Positions 37,037-49,732 of a stretch of 64,000 nucleotides of DNA are shown one piece after another. A program made the position numbers and the translations under genes. Where the stretch lies: positions 2,418,001 through 2,482,000 of the forward strand of contig CP089277.1 of NCBI GenBank assembly GCA_023920165.1, in the 5' to 3' direction. This stretch comes from Curvularia clavata (lineage: Eukaryota). Numbering within the stretch: the first letter of the stretch is position 1; each line of letters opens with the position of its first letter. The notes beneath the pieces were generated by a model that saw only the letters and a program-made list of their open reading frames with translations, did no database searches and was not told the DNA's origin.

Positions 37037-37995
37037 GTGTTTGAACACGGCCAAGTTGGAAGGCGAGACGTCTGGAGATTCGGATGATGGACGTGGTGGT
37101 ATGAGGTCGAAGCGGAGGGACTACTACTGGTTTGATGAGTTATGAATAGACGGTTTTCGTCATGTAATCAGCATCACAGCGTGTGACATGAATCACACCG
37201 GAATAAAGGCTAATTCAAAGTGCTTGATCTTTTTGATGCTCATCTAGTATTTCCTACACATGCTGGGTGGATATATACACTGCATACAAGGTAAATCTGG
37301 TAACTCGAGAGACATCTCTTTCTCTATCCTTGAGAGAGTAGCAAGCGGGAACGCCCTTTAACCACATACATTGAAGAAGCAGTAAGAGTAAGAGTAAAAA
37401 ATTCTTAAATCGTCATCGTTGTCGTGTTTTCTAGTTACTAATACTCGCTACTTTGTATCTTTCTTTGTTTCTTTCTTGCTCAGAGTCTTTGCAGCATGCT
37501 CTGCTTCTGCTCCTTGTTTTCCTCTACACCTCCAACCAACCCCAACCTTTGCTCTGTGTGTCTCTCCCACTCATCCCAATCCACATCTCTATACCCCCAA
37601 AAATGCATGCTATACACACATATACACACATACACTCCAATCCAATATATTCTCAAAAGATATTCAGAAAAAAAAAGGGTCGAAAAAAAAGGGCAGCAAA
37701 AAAAAAGAACACATACAAACAGCGCCTCCCGCTAAGTAAGTTGAAAAAAAAAGTGAAGAATAGAAAGAAAAAAACGGACCCGAAAAACAAAGACCGCACC
37801 ACTTCTCATTCATCAAGTCAAGGTCAAGAAATAAAGGTCGGTAAAGGAAGGATTTTCAGCTGCAGCAAGAAGGGATTTTTGTTTTTCTCAAGGATAACTC
37901 CCCTTATCCAATAACTCTCCCGCGCTCTTGCGCCGCTTGACTTCCTTCTTGACCAGCGTCTTTGAGCTGCTATCGCCGTTGAACCAGCCATGTAG

Positions 37996-40900
37996 TCAAA
38001 ATTCTTCGTCACGGTCTCGGTCATCTCGTAGGCCACTGCTCTTTCCTCTCAGACCAGACGTCAGGATACTGGTTTCGTTTCCGCCACCGCCGCCAGTGCC
38101 GCGTTCGGGACTGCGGTCTTGGTTGCGGTCCTTGTCCTTGCCTTTATCTTTGCGGTTTTCCTTGTCCTTCTCCTTGTCCTTGTCTTTGTCTTTGTCCTTG
38201 TCCTTGTCTTTGCGCTTGCTTTTGCGCTGGAAGGGGAGGACGCCACGGAAGCCGCGCTCTTTCTTTTCTTTGGCAGTCTTTTCGGAAAAGGCGGGCAAGG
38301 CAGTGGTATATTCTTCTTCTACGATGCTACCGCTGTCACTGCCTTCGACGCTTTGGCCTCCTGCGGAACGTGGGGGCCGGCCTGCTAAGGAGTTGGTTGA
38401 GGCGGTGTTCATGTGAGAGTTGGCGTTGATGTGAGTGTTTGGGTTGCTGTAGTTGAAGGATTGCGTCGAGGTAGACGTCGAGATGGTGGTAGTCGTCATT
38501 GTCGTAAGAGCTTGAGGATACGCGGGTGCCGGGGCCATGTGTAGGCCGTCACTCGACCCAGGAGGCGTGTCCTCAGCTGCAGAGGCTGATGCGCTCGCCG
38601 ACGCGGATGGTGAGGCACCAACAGAGTCGTGCGAGCCTGCTGTATACTGACCAGACCATTGCTTCTTAGCAAATGGATTCGAATAAGAAATCGTAGTTGA
38701 ACTGTTGCTTTTCAATGAACTCTGTGATGCTGAAATGCTGGTATTTTGTTGGTGTCGTGTTCGTGGTGGTGGTTGCATCGTAATGGGTGTGCTTGTCGAT
38801 GAAGATGCATAGTCATCACAGTTGTTTTGATAAACAGATGCATCCTCGTATTCTTCCTCTTGTATTGGGCCCCGGTTTCTTGTTGCTGCTCCTCGTGTTG
38901 TATCGATTTGAACTCCCTGCAATTGCTCGACCAGTTCTTCCCACTTCACGCTCAGCGACGAAGATGGTCTTTCAGCCGGCTCAGCACGATTCAGGCAGTC
39001 CTTGGTGCGCTCGCTGAGGGATAAGCAAATGTTATGGAAACGAAGGAGATCGCCGTCAGTCGCTTGGATGTCTTGGGCACTCTTCTGAGTGTGGTCCAGC
39101 CATAGATTGACCAACATTGCAAAGTTGCGTGAGTGGTCAATGAGATACGGCAGAGACGGGAACCCTTCCTTGAACGTAGGCGGCAGTCGGTGGAGAATGG
39201 CAATTGGAGTGCTGTAAGACGGCGGTATCGGCTGTGCAGGCTGTGAGGTGGTGGATATCGAGCAAATGTCGTCAAGGTACTTCTTAAACTCTTGTCGATG
39301 TGATGTGAGAAACGCGTTCATGGGCTCCATCCATGCCTCCTTGGTTCCAAAAGAAGACATGTTCGCTAGACCTTGCAAAGATTTGGCGATAAGAGTGAAT
39401 GTCCTACGTGCCTTTACCTTGGGATGATCTGAGTATTATTGTTAGCAATCGGTGTCGTCATGCATCTGCACTCTGCGTACCTTTGAGCAAGCCAAACAGT
39501 TTTGGATTGAGTACCGCTGGGACAAAGAAGCGCAGGAACAAGAAGCCGGATACACTGCTATACTGGACCGTCCGCAAATAGTCTCCGTAACGGTCGTCGG
39601 CACAAGCTCGGATATGTCTGAAGATCAACCGCAGTTCCTGCGGACACCGCTGAACTGAATTGTAGATGGCCTTCCAAACCTCTTCCGTGCAGTTGATTAG
39701 CCTTCGCCAATTTCGATCGAGCTCATGCTGCGATGTGACTTTATTAGGATCCACTTCGCACTCAGGATCTTTTTCGTTGATTTCCTTCAACTTATCGCTC
39801 AGCGTCTCTTCCAGATATTCTTTACCAAGTCGCTTCATGTGTAGGTCCAGGGATTTTGTCAGAAGAGTGTTGCCTCGAAACAGTAGGTTGGCCTCGAGCT
39901 TGGCGTTGTTTCCCATGTCTCGTACGAAGAGCTCTCGGTCGCTCGCAGATCCAAATGTGTTTGACGGGGACTCGTTCGACTCGCTCGAACCCAGCCTCTT
40001 GCTAAACCGCAAGCGACTGGCCGGGGACTCTTTCAAAGTTCCGTCAATCTCTTCCTCAACCAGAGCACATATCCATTCTACTGCTGCTCCAGAAACCTGG
40101 AAGATGTTCAACAGATACTCGGACAGCTTCCTAAGCTCATTCGGGATCATCTGGGCAACCTGCAAAGTGATTCCGTTGGAGAACCGGTGGAGAAGCTCAG
40201 AGAGAGGATAATAGTCGCGGGCCATGAGAATCGCACATTCTTCGCTGCTGACCTTGACAAGTACCTCACCAATCGTGTTGCCGTGCATGTTCACGAGTGG
40301 CCACCACTTTTCCATCTCTTGGTTCGGGCCAAGATCGTCGAGGTAAATGTCCGTCTTCCCTAATGTCTGGTCAAAAGAGATCCCAGCGTAGCCTCCTTCG
40401 GAGACATATGGGTCATTGTTGAGAGGTGTCTCAAAGACATTCTTCTCGCTGCGGGTGTAGCTTGGTGGACGTTTCTTCAACAACAGTGAGGCTGTATGCA
40501 GTGCGGGTAAATCCAAAAATTCAAACTCTTCTCTCCAAAAAGGATTGTTTCCTTCATTCTTGACCATGGTTCGCGCACGCGTCTCGCCATCCAGTAATAG
40601 TTCGACGAGGTATCCGCCCGGGTTTGTCGTGGCGGAGGAGGACGGTCTTATTGGCGTGGCTCCATTGTTTTCGGCAACTTTTGGGCTGACAGGCGGTATC
40701 AGCTTCGCTTCAATGACTCGCACAAACAAAGACTTTTCCATGCGGAACATGTCCTGGGTGCCGAAAGTGGGCGACAGAGTGCCATCTTCAGTCATGGCAT
40801 CTGATTTCGGGCCGTACAGCTGTGGAACGGTAAATGCGCGTAACAGGACTATCCAAACTTCGTATAATACACGCGATTCTAGTGACAAGAATATCGGTCG

Positions 40901-41809
40901 CACCATTGTTAACGCAGAGGAAGAGGCTGCCGTGTACTGGGGATATATGGCAATGCAAAACTCGTGATCCAGGACCGAAGGATCCAAGCGTTGGACGGCG
41001 CAACGCGAAAGCTGAGAGAGTTGAATGGTGGATACAAGGGTGACATCCGTGTCAGAGTAGAGCTTGAGTTCGCCATTCTCGCGAAGTGTGCAGGATACTC
41101 TTCTCCATCGGCGGGATCCATGACTCTGCACTCTGTAAGCCTGCGGGCGGCTCCCTGACGCTGAACCCTTGGGTGTGCCTGTGTTGCTGTATGTTACACT
41201 TGTGTCCCAGTAAATCATTTTGCCGACCTTGATAATGGGCGCCTCCTTCTTGGGCGAATCCTTGAGCAGAGACACCTCGGAGTGGCGTCGGCTGTCTGTT
41301 AGCCGACGCTCCATCATGACGGGCGTCTGCGGTTTTGCCATCCGGTTTTGGATGCCTTTGGGACGCATGGGGGACCAGCACAATAATGCAGCAAACCATG
41401 AGTCGAACTCCTCCTGGGTCGGTGGGCGCAGATGCACCTCGAGCTTGGAGTTGTGCACAACGACATGAATGTAGGCTGTGTATGCCTCACCGTCGTATGC
41501 ACTTTTTACGTGGCACCCGCGCAGATCTGGTATCAATGTCCGAGTATACGAAACGTCGTTCTTGGGCTCATAGACCAGACTGCCGGCCTCGTCGTTGATG
41601 TAACAGTAGGAGAGGGCCCAAGGGCTCTGTTCGCCCCTCCGGAATGCGAGAAGACCCTGCATCTTGCCACATGTGGAGCGCATCAAGGCCTTGAGCTTTC
41701 TGGCATCTGAGGCTGGCACGGGGGACAGCCAAGACTCGGGCGGCAGGCTAGTGGGCGAGTAGACGGGCGATTGGGTGCGAGGCAGGGACTGCTGTTGTTG
41801 CTGTTGTTG

Positions 41810-41844
<35 letters not shown>

Positions 41845-42355
41845 TGACGAGGCGGCCGCGGCTGTTTGTGCTCGAGGTCCGGGGTGGGGGCTGGTGGGTG
41901 GATGGGGAGATTGTGGAGATGTGGCCGATGGAAGTCACGACCGACTCCTCGAGGCTCTGGTAGTTTGACTGGGAGCTGGCGACGGAGCCGATGCGGTGGC
42001 GGCCTGAGGGGAAGACGGCAGAGGGCGAGCGGTCGCGGGTGCTCCGCTCTTCGAGCGTCCTGGTGCGCGGGCGGGCGGGCTCGCGGGCATTTCTGTACTC
42101 GGAGTCGCTCGAGGCGCGAGCGACAAAGGCTCGCGGGTTGCCGGAGCGAGTTGAGTTGTGCGAGTGTGGGCTGTTGGGCGGGGAGAAGTTCTGGCTGGGG
42201 AGGCCGTCCTCAGGTATCGGGGGCTCGTCGGGGGTGACGGAGCGGATGGTGGTGACTTTGCGGTCGTCGCGGTCCCGGGGTCTCTCGATGCCAAAGGCTC
42301 CTTGGGCGGCCTCGGTGGCACTCACCTCCCTCCTGCTTCGTCTCTGCTGGTCCAT
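37996..42355 (-). CDS. BUD2: Ras GTPase-activating protein, Bud2/Cla2-like (PH-like, C2, RasGAP); intron about 39430-39480
   Basis: C2 motif NPFWREEFEF, arginine finger LLFRGN, FLFLRFFVPAVLNPKLF, AKSLQGLAN and KEAWMEPMN. Start codon and exact orthology are less certain. Confidence 0.85.
38150..38215 (-). repeat. KD/KE dipeptide low-complexity tract in the RasGAP C-terminus
   Basis: KRKDKDKDKDKDKEKDKENRK from (AAGGAC/AAAGAC)n hexamers. Confidence 0.8.
41789..41842 (-). repeat. PolyQ (18 CAG/CAA codons) in the RasGAP N-terminus
   Basis: 18 consecutive CTG/TTG triplets on the + strand. Confidence 0.95.
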
Positions 42356-43115
42356 GGGTGCGGACCGCTGCTGCTGTGCCTGATGGTCATTGACACACGA
42401 CAGGCGGCCCGGCTATGGTAGCAGGCAACCGGGGCGCGGGCGGTGCGGCAATGGGCGTGCGGAGGAGGGCGCTGGCAATGTCGATGGCGATGGCGAGGAT
42501 AGGGACGGGGGCGGGCTCAGCCTCTGAGATGGCGATGGGCTCGGTGTCGATGGTCGGGGGCTCAGGCGACGGGGTGGCGTGGCGCATCGCAGGCGCACGT
42601 CGTCGTCGTCGGTGGTGCTGGAGCGTCGTTGGTCGGAAGAGGGGGGGGGGGGGAGTGGGCAAAATGAGACGGTCGTACCGTGGTGCCCCCCAAGGATGAG
42701 CTTTGAGGCCCACCTGCTGGACCCTCTCCTGTGCCTCTTGGTGGCTAGCGAACCAGGCGTGGCTGAGTCTGTGCGTGTCTACTAGGTATGTATCGTATCA
42801 ATCGCCCAGATTTTACCCGCCGACCGGGCTCGCTGCTCGTTCGCGCTGCCTGCTGTTTTGGTGTGCGGTGTCGTCGCAGGCGGGAGCCAAAGAGCAGACG
42901 TGTCCAGGCTGCTGGTGCGCTTGGACGCCCAGCGAGCCTGTGCCTGATTGCTCATCTATCTGCTGCTGCCACTAGGTACCGCCCGCTGTCATCGCCGACC
43001 GGCTGGCTTGCAGCCCAACCTCGACCACCAGTCTACATGTCTACATGTCTATGTAGCTATGTACACACACGCGAGACAGGTGCTTGGCATGGGCGTCGAA
43101 TGGCAGCATGGCATT

Positions 43116-43140
43116 GCATCGCATCGCATCGCATCGCATC
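43116..43140. repeat. (GCATC)5 microsatellite, intergenic
   Basis: Direct reading. Confidence 0.9.
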
Positions 43141-43407
43141 ACAGTGCATGGCATCTGAACACACACCCCAATCTTGAACGCCCATCAGGTCATTGTCAAT
43201 TCAAATCACTCCTTAAAATCATCGCCATATGGATATCTGAACCCGCCAACCAATAAGCTCCATAAGCCTGCCCTGAGCCTGTCAAACGTCGTCGTTGGAA
43301 AAGAAAGGAGAAGAGAAAAAGAAGAAAAAAAAACCCCCCCTCGCTGCCCAATTCACTCGTCCCATCCGCACCTGAGCTGACCTGGGCTGCCCCGACCTAC
43401 CCTGACC

Positions 43408-44547
43408 TCACTTGAAAGGAGGCTTGTCCGCCGACTTGTCTTCGATGCTCACAGCGCTTGTCGGCTGCGAGGGAATTCCACCGCCCAAATCCCCAGACCG
43501 GGTTTTGCGCAATGCCTGGCGCATCGTCTCAATCTGCACCGGTAGCTCTTCGCCAAATGCCGGCGTTGGGTGGCCTAGGACAATGGGCGACGTGGGGCTG
43601 CCGGGGGATCGTGTGCGTGCTAGATCCGTACGCTTGGGAGACGCCGCACCACTCGTTGTTGGGGGCGAAGACGCCCTGGACCGCACAGGCGACGGCGACC
43701 GGTTGGCTGTCGACGAGAGGCTCATAAACTGCAGGGCCTCGCCTGAAGTGGCGCCCAAAACCTCTTGCCTATCATGTTCCACGTGCTCGGCCTGTACCAC
43801 GTCTGCAAAAGAAATAAAGCTGAGGCGCCGTGGGTCCGTCGTATCTAGGGCCCCGTACCCCGGAGCGGTTGCATCTGCCACTCCATCCACATGGCTCGAC
43901 GCAGCAGACTCGTCAGGAGGCATGAGGGGCGAGTGCAGCGACTCGGCCATGCTTCCAGCCACGGCCACGGCCACGGGCTGGTGCGCAGAGTGTGTTACAA
44001 TCTCCACCTCGTCCGGGTTGAGGTGGTCGTCGGTAATGGCCAGCGACGTCGCATCCAGCGCAGGGGGTATGTGGTCTTCAGTCTTGATGTGTGCCGGCAC
44101 GTCCACCGACGGCTCGGGCTCTTGCACGTTGCGCTCGAAAATGAGCGACGATGCCGGGCTGTGCAGGTTGGGCGATGTGGAGCGGATGCGACGGCCAGGA
44201 GACGCCCCAACGGGCAGCATGCGTGGGCTACCCCGCGGAGACGCTCTGCGCTCTGGGGGAGACATTGGGGGCGAGGGGAGTAGTGCTGGGGCTGCTGTCG
44301 TGGGCGGCGCAGTCGCCTTGGACTGGGCTGGTTGTACTGCTTGCTCCGTCTGCTTTGCCTGCTCTGCTGCCGCCGTGTGGTTGCCCTCTTCACCCTTCTT
44401 TTTGCCCAATCCAAGCAACTTCTTCCCCTTGCCCAGGATGCTGCTGCTGCTATCGGTCGGCTTGCCTTCGCGCGGTGTCGTCGTGGCGGATGCGGGCGGG
44501 TTGGGCTGCTGCTGGGGGGCAGGTGTCGCTTTCTCAGTCGCGTTCAT
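43408..44547 (-). CDS. Uncharacterised, largely disordered fungal protein (379 aa)
   Basis: Single-exon ORF with ACAATG start. S/P-rich with motif-like islands IFERNVQE, EDHIPPALDA, RRLSFISFADVV and ETMRQALRKT. Confidence 0.75.
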   Translation of the reverse strand: MNATEKATPAPQQQPNPPASATTTPREGKPTDSSSSILGKGKKLLGLGKKKGEEGNHTAAAEQAKQTEQAVQPAQSKATAPPTTAAPALLPSPPMSPPERRASPRGSPRMLPVGASPGRRIRSTSPNLHSPASSLIFERNVQEPEPSVDVPAHIKTEDHIPPALDATSLAITDDHLNPDEVEIVTHSAHQPVAVAVAGSMAESLHSPLMPPDESAASSHVDGVADATAPGYGALDTTDPRRLSFISFADVVQAEHVEHDRQEVLGATSGEALQFMSLSSTANRSPSPVRSRASSPPTTSGAASPKRTDLARTRSPGSPTSPIVLGHPTPAFGEELPVQIETMRQALRKTRSGDLGGGIPSQPTSAVSIEDKSADKPPFK

Positions 44548-46587
44548 TGTGAGGCTGACAATGGTGGGGGGGTCGTGGCTATATGTAGACGGGGCGAGGT
44601 GAGCACTCTACACACGACGTTGCGAATCGGGCCTATGGTCTGGCAAGCCTGCGCCCGTTGTCGTCACGCGGTGGTGGGTAGTGGTGGTGGTAGGCGTTTT
44701 CAAGGAAGCGGCCGAGTGGGATGCACCCTTGTTGACTGCTACCCAGCGGACGAGGGGTCCAGAGTCTTTGTCGAGATAACACGGCGGGCTTAGTGGGCAA
44801 GGCGACGGCGTCTGCTTTTTCCTCGAAACAATACTATTCCTCGACTGGTTTACAGCGTCAGGAGAAGTGTTGGGCCAGTCCACGTTGATTTCCTGGTCCG
44901 CTCCTACGTCCAGTGTTGATCGTCACGTGGGGCTGACGTATGCGCAGACCCTGAGCGTTGCAGACCCCCCAGGCACTAGCCTATACGTTCACGCTACATT
45001 CAATAGCGTCCACCCAATCTGCTCCTTTGCCCAACCCGTCTCGTATACGCCGCCAGGTCGTCCGTGTTTGAGCCTCGGTCTTCTTGTTCGCTCACTCGCT
45101 CGCTCATTCACCCGCAATTGCTCTCGTCCCCGTACCAAACACAGCTGACGACGCTTGCTTGGGCCACATGCATGCACACGTTATTCGATAGGAGGGCCCG
45201 CTCCCGCCTCGATATCTTGACGCACAAGTGTGACATTGTACCGCCTTTGTTAGTGATCATCGCCCTCTCGCTACCTGCTGTCTCCCTCCCTGCTTTTACA
45301 TCTCTACACATACAAACTATGTCGTCACTGCTATGAAGCAACTCCACCATCTGGGGCGCTCGACACAGTGCGGAGCGATGCCCACCCGCGCATGTGCTTG
45401 CTTCACGATCGAGAGCCCAACAGGCTGTCCACATGTCATATGGGCAAAATGCTCGAAAAAGAAAAATTAGGCAAGTCCCGTGGACATCCAAATTTCCATG
45501 GAATTATGCAATGTCCAAGGGTCCCCGTCCCCAACACCCTTTCTGCCCAGTGAGCCGTCAGATGCCGCGTGGGATGCCTCGCATCGCACTAGCTGAAGAG
45601 CCAAAACACGAACACTGAACTAGTCGCGGGTAATTGCATCTGACGGAAATCAACGCATCCTATCTGCTCTTGACACAGGCCAGTCGTCCACGCTTAATCA
45701 GCTTTCAGCTTCTGAACAATGAAATAATCCCGCGAGTACATCCGAGCAGGTATCGCCCACATGGCCTGTTGACCGCCCAAACACCAGGCTACTAAAACTA
45801 AGCTCCCAAGAAACAGGTAATTTGGTACCACCACTTGCTACAGCGACAAGTTTGATTGACGAGTCAACTACGCCAACAAACTATGGAAAACTGGTAATCG
45901 CTCAAAGTCGGCCGAAACAGTACGGGCCATAGCCTAGCCCAACATCTCAATGTGCAATAAAAGATGCCTAAACTCTTGTCGCATCTATAGTTCTTCTTAT
46001 CTGTAAACATTAGCCACTCAATTTCTCCTAGAGATACGTTCGACCGATATTACATGGGTCCCCGCCTATACTCGAACATCATCGCCGACCTCCTATGAGC
46101 GTCATGGGTTCCTGGATGAGATAAGCCGCCCCCAAATGCACACAACTGCGTGAACTTCGGAGCTGTGAGTGGCGTGCACAGCCTCACCCGCTCTCGCTTA
46201 CCATAGGCTCCTTACGTGCAACAACCCAAGCCAAGACGAATATCCGTCAGCCAGCTGAAGAAAAAGGTCAGACGAATTCGATAAAGACCCGACAGTCATG
46301 GCCTGTAAACAGCAACTGCACTGTCTCCTGCCTAATGGTCTCACAAGAATCTTACTCATTCCAGTCATCGGAACGGCTTGGGCTCACACCACTGACTGTT
46401 ATTGGTATTCACTGCGTTGAGGGCTGGGTAAAAAGCCCAGCCCCATAAATGTCTCTGTAAACATGACGAACGTGACACGGCAGCTCTGATACATATCTAA
46501 TGATTACTTGGTCACCTTTCCCTCTGTTCAAGCCAGTTCGCAAAGGGCCTCGTGTTATACCGAAAGTATCCTCGAAAGGCCAGCAAT

Positions 46588-48559
46588 ATGACTATTCCTA
46601 CGAATACTGAGCCCAGAACTTATACCTATACTCCCAACTTTGCCAAACGCTCCCTTATATCCATTTTCAAGTGCGTCAACAGATTCGTTCCATGGCACAA
46701 GCTACCCACCTACATTGGCGTTCTCAATGTCGCCGCTTTCCGCTACGAACTTCGCCAGAAGAACCTTCACGACGTGTATCCATCGCCCTCGGACCAAGGT
46801 ACTCCTGGATGTCCTCACCTTTCTGACAAGCAGTACCTACATACCCGGAATTCAGATGGCTTGTTCAACGATCTAGAAGCACCAAAAATGGGTTGCACTG
46901 GCATGCGATTCGGACGCAATGTACCTAGAAACTTTACAGCTAAGCCAAGTGAGGAAGAGCTTATGACGCCAAATCCAAGACTCCTTAGTGAGAGTGTATT
47001 GAAGAGAGATACCTTCAAGCCTGCGACGAGTTTGAACTTGCTGGCTGCAGCATGGATCCAGTTCCAGGTCCACGACTGGTTTCAGCACGAGAACTCGACG
47101 ACCGAGAAACTTGACGTGCCGCTTCCTGCAGGTGACAAGTGGAGTTCGACAAATGGCAAAATGTCAATTGAGAAAACGCAAGCTGATGCGCCGCTCGACA
47201 AGACAGACGAGACAGCACCAGCGTATAAAAATGTAAACACCCACTGGTGGGACGGCAGTCAAATCTACGGAAGCTCCGAGGCCCGCACGACTGAGCTACG
47301 GGGCAATGCAAAGAATGGAAAGCTCCAAGTCGACGAAAGCAAGCTCGCAACTTTCCTTCCCCGTGACAAAGATGGTATTCCCCAAACAGGCTTCAACAAC
47401 AACTGGTGGCTCGGACTCGAAATGCTGCATACCCTCTTCGTCCTCGAACATAATGCCATTTGCGATGCCCTATTGAAGTCCTATCCTTCCTGGACCTCTG
47501 AGGAGATTTTCGATACGGCAAGACTGGTCAATTGCGCACTGATGGCCAAGATTCACACCGTAGAGTGGACACCAGCTATCCTCGCACACCCAGTCCTGGA
47601 GATATCTATGAACGCAAACTGGTGGGGTGTCCTAGGTGAGCGTCTGTATAAGCTCCTTGGCCGTGTATCAAGGACATCCGAAGCCATCTCCGGAATTCCA
47701 GGATCGACCGTGGACCATCATGCGGCGCCGTACTCTCTTACCGAGGAATTTGTCAGTGTATATCGTATGCACTCGCTCGTACCCGATTCAATTGCCTTCT
47801 TCTCCGCTACCACTGGTGAACACAAAGCCACGCATGCCATCCGCGACGTTGCATTTGAAAAAACGCGGAGCCCACTTGAAACCGACGGACTAAAGTTCGA
47901 AGACATCTTCTACAGCTTCTGCATCAACTACCCAGGTGCCCTCACACTAAACAACATGCCCGATTTCCTGCGCGACCTCAACACACCTGATAGCCGACAC
48001 ATTGATCTAGGCACCATTGACATCCTCCGCGACAGAGAACGCGGTGTGCCACGCTACAACGCCTTCCGGCGCCTCTTCCATCTCCCCGCCGTCCCCGACT
48101 TCCTCACTTTAACCGGCAACAACACCGCCGTGGCCGAGAAGCTATCTACAATCTACGACAACGACATTGAGAAAGTCGACCTGCTAGTTGGCTGTCTGGC
48201 GGAGCCTCTGCCCAAGGGCTTTGGCTTCAGCGACACGGCGTTCCGAGTCTTCATTTTGATGGCAAGTAGGCGGCTCAAGAGCGATCGCTTTATTGCCGGT
48301 GCGTGGAACGAAGATACGTACAGTAAGGTGGGCTTGGAGTGGGTGCAGAACAGTGGAATAAAGGATGTGTTAGGGAGACATTTTCCAGCGCTCAAGAGTG
48401 TGCTGCCCAAGGATACGAATCGTAAGTGTATACCGTCTATTGCCTAGGTGGCGGTGGAGATGTTGAAGGAGTTCAAATGCTGACTGTTTCATAGCTTTTG
48501 CGCCGTGGACCAAGTTGGAGGCGAGTAGGAAGTATGAGGGAGTCGAGACGAATGCGTAG
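46588..48559 (+). CDS. Heme peroxidase-cyclooxygenase family protein, fatty-acid alpha-dioxygenase type (intron 48422-48494)
   Basis: WIQFQVHDWFQH (distal His), NTHWWDGSQIYGS, AKIHTVEWT, EEFVSVYRMHSL (catalytic Tyr, proximal His), RDRERGVPRYN and MASRRLKSDRF. No P450 domain. Confidence 0.9.
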
Positions 48560-49732
48560 GTGGAGGACTAGCGTGCTTGTGGGGTTGGCGTTTGAAGCAT
48601 GTGATGGATTTAGTTATGGCTGTGTAGCTGCTGTGCAGTACAAGCGACGTAATACAGATTCTTTCTCTTTTTGTTTTTCTCGACGGCCTACTCTATTCAA
48701 TCCTTCCTTCCTCTTGACACGACTTGTCTCTCGTGAGGCATGCATACGGAGCTTATTCGGCATTCCTAATCATCTAGTAACCGGAAGGTGAGACACTTTG
48801 CTCAGGCAGACGGCACTATTTTTTCCCAATCAAATACAAATAGATATACAACATGATTCACGCAAGAGCGAGAGGTAGTCCTTCAGCTCCTTAGGGGGAT
48901 GGCTAGTGTCTTGTACTATGCCTATAGCCCGAAGCTACACCCACGCACTAGTGCTACCTCAATAGGGTCCGTCTGAACAAATTCAAATTGTATTGACTGA
49001 TCAGGCTTGCCGTCGCAAGCGTGCTACCCTTAGTACCTTAATTCAGCACACGAAGAAGGAAATCACATGCTGTTTTGTTTCCCTCGTGCTTTGTTTACAT
49101 CGATACACATGAGTACTGCTCGAACACTCAACGTGCTATCTCTTGGCAACGCTCTGAAATTGAACAAATGATCACTTTCTCCCCAAACATAAGCAAAGCT
49201 AAAATAGATTAATGCTACAAAAAGACATGGCTGATAGCACTATCCAACCCTCGATGACGTAACTCGGCGACCTGTGACCTTGCTTGCAGCGGACGTATCC
49301 ACCCTTGAATCGTACCGAGCCTCCCGGCGGGTTTTCCTCGCATGCCGCCCCCCGATCGCGTCAACATCGGGGGTTTGCATTCCCAGAGGGCAGTTCCCAC
49401 CGACCAAAATAGGAAATCCATATTACAGAACCATCGCCTTTGTTATAGCCTTCAGCTTCCCTTGTCCCTCCCGTCCTTCCACCATCCATCCATTTTTTTT
49501 CTTTCCTTTTTGGCCCCAGATGCGGCGATTAAGCCGACGTGTTTCGGTCCTGGGGTCCCTGCATATACACTTCACCAAACGGGTATAGCGTCTGGTTTTG
49601 GGCCTTTCGATAATCTGACATTTATCGAACCACGAAGGAAACGTCTTTTACCTTTTCTCCTACTGTGTTGCTTTCCTTCTCGCAAATGGTACTGCGGTTT
49701 TGGAGCTGATATCATTTTTTGATTCTTTTTCC

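Noticed and set aside
37419..37914. Lys-rich + strand ORFs
   Set aside because: They arise from A-runs, i.e. the T-rich 3' UTR of the minus-strand RasGAP gene.
41771..41968. PolyL and polyC ORFs
   Set aside because: Alternative frames of the polyQ tract.
43412..44602. 396-aa + strand ORF antisense to the 43408-44547 gene
   Set aside because: Non-ATG start, no motifs; explained as the shadow of a GC-rich coding strand.
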